Assembly (NCBI GenBank): GCA_965140585.1 | Contig: OZ223264.1 | Location: 512,001-576,000 of the forward strand | DNA length: 64,000 bases | From: Spirochaetia bacterium | GTDB lineage: Bacteria; Spirochaetota; Spirochaetia; UBA9216 | Direction: 5' to 3' | Part shown: positions 59,524 to 64,000 of the stretch, in pieces | How positions within the stretch are numbered: position 1 is the stretch's first letter | Layout of the letters: each line of letters starts with the position of its first letter | Notes under the pieces: model-generated | Databases searched by the model: none | Told to the model about the DNA's origin: nothing | The model's input: the letters and a program-made list of their open reading frames with translations, nothing else | Position numbers and translations under genes: made by a program

Positions 59524-60117
59524 GCTCTTATGCTGCGGTACCAGATCGCAGGCCTCTGCGGGCATCCATGATGCAGCTTTTCCGTTCCATTTGATATTAC
59601 AGCCGACAGGGTTTGTCACTTCAATTTCAATTGCCCTTCCGTTTACAAGTGAATCAAGTGTTACTTCAAGGTCGTTTACCGTCATTTTTTCAGTTTCCCT
59701 AGGGTTGTCGACCCCCCTACCGGTGTATACAAGTTTTAGTTCACTGTTGAAGACAAAAAAATGAGGGGTTCGCAGGGCTCCGTATTCAAGCGCCACCTGC
59801 TGATCCCTGTCATGCAGGTATATCCACGGAAAACGGTTTTTTTCCATCCGTTCAACCATATGCTCAAAATCATCTTCTTCGTATGTATTCGGACTGTTCG
59901 AATTAATCGCCACAAATTCAACTCCCAGAGGCTTATATTTCAAAACGGTCTGTCTTGTTGTCTCATCTGATCCTATTACATAGGGACAATGGTTGCATGT
60001 GAAAAATATTACAAGGTACGGATTCTTTGAAAAATCTGCAAGGCTGTATGTTTTACCGTTGGTTGCCGTAAGTTTGAAATCCGGTGCAGAATCACCAATG
60101 TTAATAGTAAAGGACAT
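59518..60117 (-). CDS. Thioredoxin-like AhpC/TSA family protein
   Basis: [33 protein letters not shown]; SD aaggagg. Confidence 0.9.
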   Translation of the reverse strand: MSFTINIGDSAPDFKLTATNGKTYSLADFSKNPYLVIFFTCNHCPYVIGSDETTRQTVLKYKPLGVEFVAINSNSPNTYEEDDFEHMVERMEKNRFPWIYLHDRDQQVALEYGALRTPHFFVFNSELKLVYTGRGVDNPRETEKMTVNDLEVTLDSLVNGRAIEIEVTNPVGCNIKWNGKAASWMPAEACDLVPQHKSL

Positions 60118-60289
60118 TTAATCCTCCTTATATAAGCATGTTTGCATATTGAATATACTAATTTCTCAATCAGCGGACAAATATTATATCGATCTACATG
60201 CCCGCTAAAGCATGCAGCGTGATTCAGGAAAAAATCTGAGACAGGGATATACTCATTCTTATATAAAAATTCTATAAACGGGGTTTAAG

Positions 60290-61129
60290 ATGGAGAAAAA
60301 GAAAGGAAAATTGTATGTGATTGCCCTTATTACCGTCTTCACCGCTGCTTCCTGTGATTTATTCAACTCTGATATCGGTGTTACAGGTATGGGTAAAATG
60401 CTTGTGCCGGATGAGGCCGGCTATTTCAAAGAAGATATTACCTACAGCCTCTCGGGCGCAATTCAGGTTTTCTATGCTGACGGAAATTATCTTTATGAGA
60501 ACTACGAGTGGGACCCGGTTTCCCTGGAGTATGTAAGGGATGAAGGTGAAAGCGGAACCTATTCATGGAATCCAGAGACTATGGTTATGACTCAAAAACA
60601 GTTGAAAAATTATGTGCAGGCTACGGATACCTGGGAGGACATATCGGAAACCAGTGAACGGACTATGTATTTTACAACTGTTTGTTTCGGTAATGCCTTT
60701 GTCTATAGCGAGAATAATAGCTGGGAATCTTCTACTTTAGTTGAGTACAATGACGGAAGTTATGATACAGATTCGTACCAGATGACCCTGGATTCTGAAA
60801 CATACATCCTTAAAAGAGAGGATCTAAGTTATGACAACAACGGAGTTCTCACCTCAGGGTGGAATTCTGAAAGGAATTGCGAGGTCTCGGGCATGTTCCC
60901 TGAGGGTGTAGCCTGGGAATCCGGGAATCGTGTAATTTTTAATCTGACCGAGACGCTTGATCGTGACCGTAACTATGACAGTATCAGCTCTTCCTGGGGA
61001 GCCTGGGATATTAATGATCTTGATATTTATCAGATGATTTTTCTAAATATGGGAAATTTTTTCTGTATTCCGAATCCTTCAGCTATGCGCGGCACAGGGG
61101 AGGTGATATATGAAAAATTATATGATTAA
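60290..61129 (+). CDS. Hypothetical lipoprotein, paralog 1
   Basis: Lipobox AASC; acidic, Trp/Tyr-rich; similar to the next ORF. Confidence 0.65.
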   Translation: MEKKKGKLYVIALITVFTAASCDLFNSDIGVTGMGKMLVPDEAGYFKEDITYSLSGAIQVFYADGNYLYENYEWDPVSLEYVRDEGESGTYSWNPETMVMTQKQLKNYVQATDTWEDISETSERTMYFTTVCFGNAFVYSENNSWESSTLVEYNDGSYDTDSYQMTLDSETYILKREDLSYDNNGVLTSGWNSERNCEVSGMFPEGVAWESGNRVIFNLTETLDRDRNYDSISSSWGAWDINDLDIYQMIFLNMGNFFCIPNPSAMRGTGEVIYEKLYD

Positions 61130-61886
61130 AATTCCGGCTGTATTCATTACTGCTGTGCTGATCTGTTCATGTACTGTTTCATTTCCGGATATAGGTTATG
61201 GAAAACTGGTAAATGTTGATGAAAATGGACATCTTACTGAAGACAGAGTTTATTACCAGAGAGAGCAGGTTCATTACATTTTCGCTGACGGGACCATGGA
61301 AACCCGCGAGTATGAAGCCTCAGGTACACAGATTGGGGGGATGCGGGGAGTTTATACGTATGATACACAGACAATGGTGTTTGATATAGATGCGGATGAA
61401 CAATGGGATGATGTAACCTCAGCCTGGGTAAGCGGCAATTCCGAGTCTAAGACTACAGTTTATCTGACAGATCTCCTGTTCGGGAATGCCTATGTTGAAA
61501 CTGAAGAGAGCAGCGGAATATTTAGATGGGATTCCTATTCCAAGTCAGCGGACGGCAGCGATATAACCGAATATGAGATTTATACAGTTTCAGATACAGT
61601 CCTGAGCTATGAGGACTCCGAGATAAGAACTGATTCCACCGGTACAGTTGACTATGGCTATAAGAGTAAATTTTCAGCCGACATCACTGCTCTTTTTCCG
61701 TCCGGATCGGAATGGGAGGCCGGCAGTGTGATCACAATTCAATATGAAGAGAGTGAACGTTCCGCCCGTTATTATGATGATACACTGCCTGGCTGGGAGG
61801 CCTGGGTGGACAGGACTCCCCGGCCGGCTAACAGAACTTTCGCTTATGAAGGAAACTTCCTGTTTGAATACATGATGGATTACTGA
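61110..61886 (+). CDS. Hypothetical lipoprotein, paralog 2
   Basis: SD ggaggtg; lipobox ICSC; shares G.GK...DE.G...ED..Y, FGNA and FP.G..WE.G with the previous ORF. Confidence 0.7.
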   Translation: MKNYMIKIPAVFITAVLICSCTVSFPDIGYGKLVNVDENGHLTEDRVYYQREQVHYIFADGTMETREYEASGTQIGGMRGVYTYDTQTMVFDIDADEQWDDVTSAWVSGNSESKTTVYLTDLLFGNAYVETEESSGIFRWDSYSKSADGSDITEYEIYTVSDTVLSYEDSEIRTDSTGTVDYGYKSKFSADITALFPSGSEWEAGSVITIQYEESERSARYYDDTLPGWEAWVDRTPRPANRTFAYEGNFLFEYMMDY

Positions 61887-61893
61887 CGCAATC

Positions 61894-62730
61894 TCAAAAA
61901 TCCTCAAAGTCTTCGTCAATGATGTCTTTGACGGATTCCGATTTCGGGAGCACCGGTTTTGCCGGGGGCTTTTCCCCGGCTGCTTCTTTTCTGTTAACCT
62001 GTTTTGCCGTTGTTTTAACAGCAGGCTTGGCACTGATGACAATTTTATCAGAGCCCTTTTTTCCAATGAGTAGCCGTCCTGTCCGTGCACCTTGAAATAA
62101 CTAATCATTTCGTGGAGCATTTCGGCCTGGCTTGTAAGCTCCTCGGACATGGATGAGGCTTCCTCCGCAGAAGCCGCATTCTGCTGGATTACCTGATCAA
62201 GCTGAAGCATTGCCTGGGTTATCTGGGCGGCTCCGGTGTTCTGTTCATTGCTTGAAGCACTTATCTCGGATACCAGGTCGGATGTTTTTCTGATATCAGG
62301 TACAATCGCCTTGATCTTCTCGCCGGAGTCGTTGGCTTTTTTAACGCTTTCATTAGCAAGCTCAAGTATTTCCGCTGCAGCCTTCTGACTGGTTACCGCA
62401 AGTTCTCCAACCTCTGCAGCAACAGCAAAGCCCTTGCCGTGTTCTCCAGCCCTTGCTGCCTCAATTGCTGCGTTCAGCGAAAGCAGGTTGGTCTGAAGGG
62501 CAATCTCTTCTATTATGTTAATCTTCTGGGCAATTTCATTCATTGCGGTAACCGCTTCAAGGACTGCATCTCCTCCCTCAGCTGCATGCTGCCTGATGTT
62601 ACTTCGGCAGCAGAAGTTATAACATCTGAAACTACGCTGCTGAGTTTCTGCTGTATTATACGGAGGGTGTCGGTAAGACCGCCTATCTCATCCTTCTAAT
62701 GCACGTCAATTGAGGTATAGAGCAGCCTCC
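61894..62730 (-). pseudogene. Truncated MCP pseudogene, paralog of the upstream MCP
   Basis: Starts within HAMP; TAG at 62696-62698; frameshifting deletion of roughly 50 codons near 62580; second frameshift before an out-of-frame IDEDFEDF-stop at 61894. Confidence 0.85.
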
Positions 62731-62760
62731 TTGATTAATTTTATTTTATTGAAGGCTAAA

Positions 62761-62798
62761 AAGCAAAAAGAAGCTGCCGGGGGGAAGGCCCCGGCAGC
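62761..62798 (-). terminator. Rho-independent terminator after the MCP gene
   Basis: gctgccgggg/ccccggcagc 10-bp stem followed on the minus strand by ttctttttgctt. Confidence 0.85.
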
Positions 62799-62812
62799 GG
62801 TATGGTGAATGA

Positions 62813-64000
62813 TCAGAAATCCTCAAAATCGGAATCCTGATCGTCCATTAAATCATTATCCATCCTGGTCCCTGAAGTAGGGGAGACAGTATGTTCCGTA
62901 ATTCTCAGTTTCTGCTGTGTCCTGGGCCGGGGGGTAACTGTTGATGGGGGGGTGGGTATATTCTGTGGGTGCTTTATTCCTGAGTTTTCGCTGAGTTCAA
63001 CCTTGAAAAAGCTGATCATTGAGTGTAATTGTTCAGCCTGGCTTGTGAGTTCTTCAGCCATAGATGACGCTTCTTCGGCGGCGGCTGCATTTTGCTGGAT
63101 AACCTGATCGAGTTGAATCATCGCCGTGTTAATTTGTGATGCACCGGTATTCTGCTCATGACTGGATGCGCTTATTTCGGTTACAAGGTCTGCTGTTTTT
63201 TTGATATCAGGAACTATCGCCTTGATAACTTCGCCTGCAGAATTTGCCTTCTTCACACTCTGGGTAGCCAGATCGAGTATTTCGGCAGCTGCTTTCTGGC
63301 TTACTGCAGCAAGTTTACCTACCTCTGAGGCAACTACGGCGAACCCCTTTCCATGTTCACCGGCTCTTGCAGCTTCAATAGCAGCATTAAGTGAAAGCAT
63401 ATTTGTCTGTCTGGCTATTTCTTCAACAATATTTATTTTCTGTGCTATTTCATTCATTGCCTGTACTGCTTCAAGTACGGCATTGCCGCCTTCAGAGGCA
63501 TCGATTGCTGCCTGGGCTGCAATCTTTTCAGTCTGTGAAGCATTGTCTGTATTCTGCTGGATATTTGCTCCCATCTGTTCTACAGAAGCAGAAACCTCCT
63601 CCGCATTTGCCGCCTGTTCCGTTGCTCCCTGTGATAATTGCTCTGCAGTCTGGGCCAGCTGAGAACTGCCTTCGGTTACCTGTGCAGTAGATTCGATTAC
63701 TTCCATTACAACGCCCTTCAAACGCTGCTGCATATCCTGCAGTGTTGATGCAAGGATCCCAATCTCGTCTTTCTGATTAATATTGATTGATGTGTAAAGC
63801 TTCCCTTCAGCTATCTCCTGAGCAAAGACCACACCCTTTTTTACCGGTACAGTTATTGTTCGTGCGAAGAGACTGAAGATTAACAGTGCCATTGCAAAGG
63901 ATATTACACCGACGATGAGAATGGTATTTCTCACTTCATGAACGGGTGCAAGAAACTCAGACTCAGGCAGTGTCAGGAATACTCCCCATCCTGTTCCCGG
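62813..64000 (-). CDS. Methyl-accepting chemotaxis protein (Cache-type end, TM2, HAMP, signalling domain); 5' end outside the window
   Basis: Frame is open to 64000 ([16 protein letters not shown]); [33 protein letters not shown]; ends in DFEDF. Confidence 0.95.
   Translation of the reverse strand, partial: PGTGWGVFLTLPESEFLAPVHEVRNTILIVGVISFAMALLIFSLFARTITVPVKKGVVFAQEIAEGKLYTSININQKDEIGILASTLQDMQQRLKGVVMEVIESTAQVTEGSSQLAQTAEQLSQGATEQAANAEEVSASVEQMGANIQQNTDNASQTEKIAAQAAIDASEGGNAVLEAVQAMNEIAQKINIVEEIARQTNMLSLNAAIEAARAGEHGKGFAVVASEVGKLAAVSQKAAAEILDLATQSVKKANSAGEVIKAIVPDIKKTADLVTEISASSHEQNTGASQINTAMIQLDQVIQQNAAAAEEASSMAEELTSQAEQLHSMISFFKVELSENSGIKHPQNIPTPPSTVTPRPRTQQKLRITEHTVSPTSGTRMDNDLMDDQDSDFEDF

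Noticed and set aside
61674-61893. C-terminal extension of the 289-aa MCP-like ORF overlapping the lipoprotein gene
   Set aside because: It results from a frameshift; the real DFEDF-stop lies in another frame at 61894

Overview
A gene-dense chromosomal window of mostly housekeeping genes from a bacterium that looks like a free-living spirochaete. This assignment is inferred from the mitochondrial-type EF-G1, the TPAT-type TRAP system, the TPR/Mrr and Hsp70-like/LysM proteins, and the many lipoproteins. It contains the end of the rib operon, fusA plus a P-loop ATPase, three MCP loci (one a pseudogene), carD-ispD-ispF-nth, a DAHP synthase-prephenate dehydratase fusion, leuS, a TatT/TRAP locus with two binding proteins, pepT, alr, a lipoprotein/outer-membrane cluster, mnmE-mnmG-rsmG, an envelope cluster (LysM, SLT, uppP, ftsK), transporters, rex and redox enzymes. 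I saw no rRNA, tRNA, CRISPR array, transposase, integrase or prophage. The best leads are: (1) a four-gene operon at 30.3-36.4 kb with LPP20-, FlgT- and CsgG-like modules and a beta-barrel; (2) many apparently leaderless genes; (3) a membrane protein joining a DnaK-like substrate-binding domain to LysM; (4) the EF-G1-linked ATPase; (5) a duplicated upstream element in the TPAT locus. Domain calls come from recognising motifs by eye, not from database searches.
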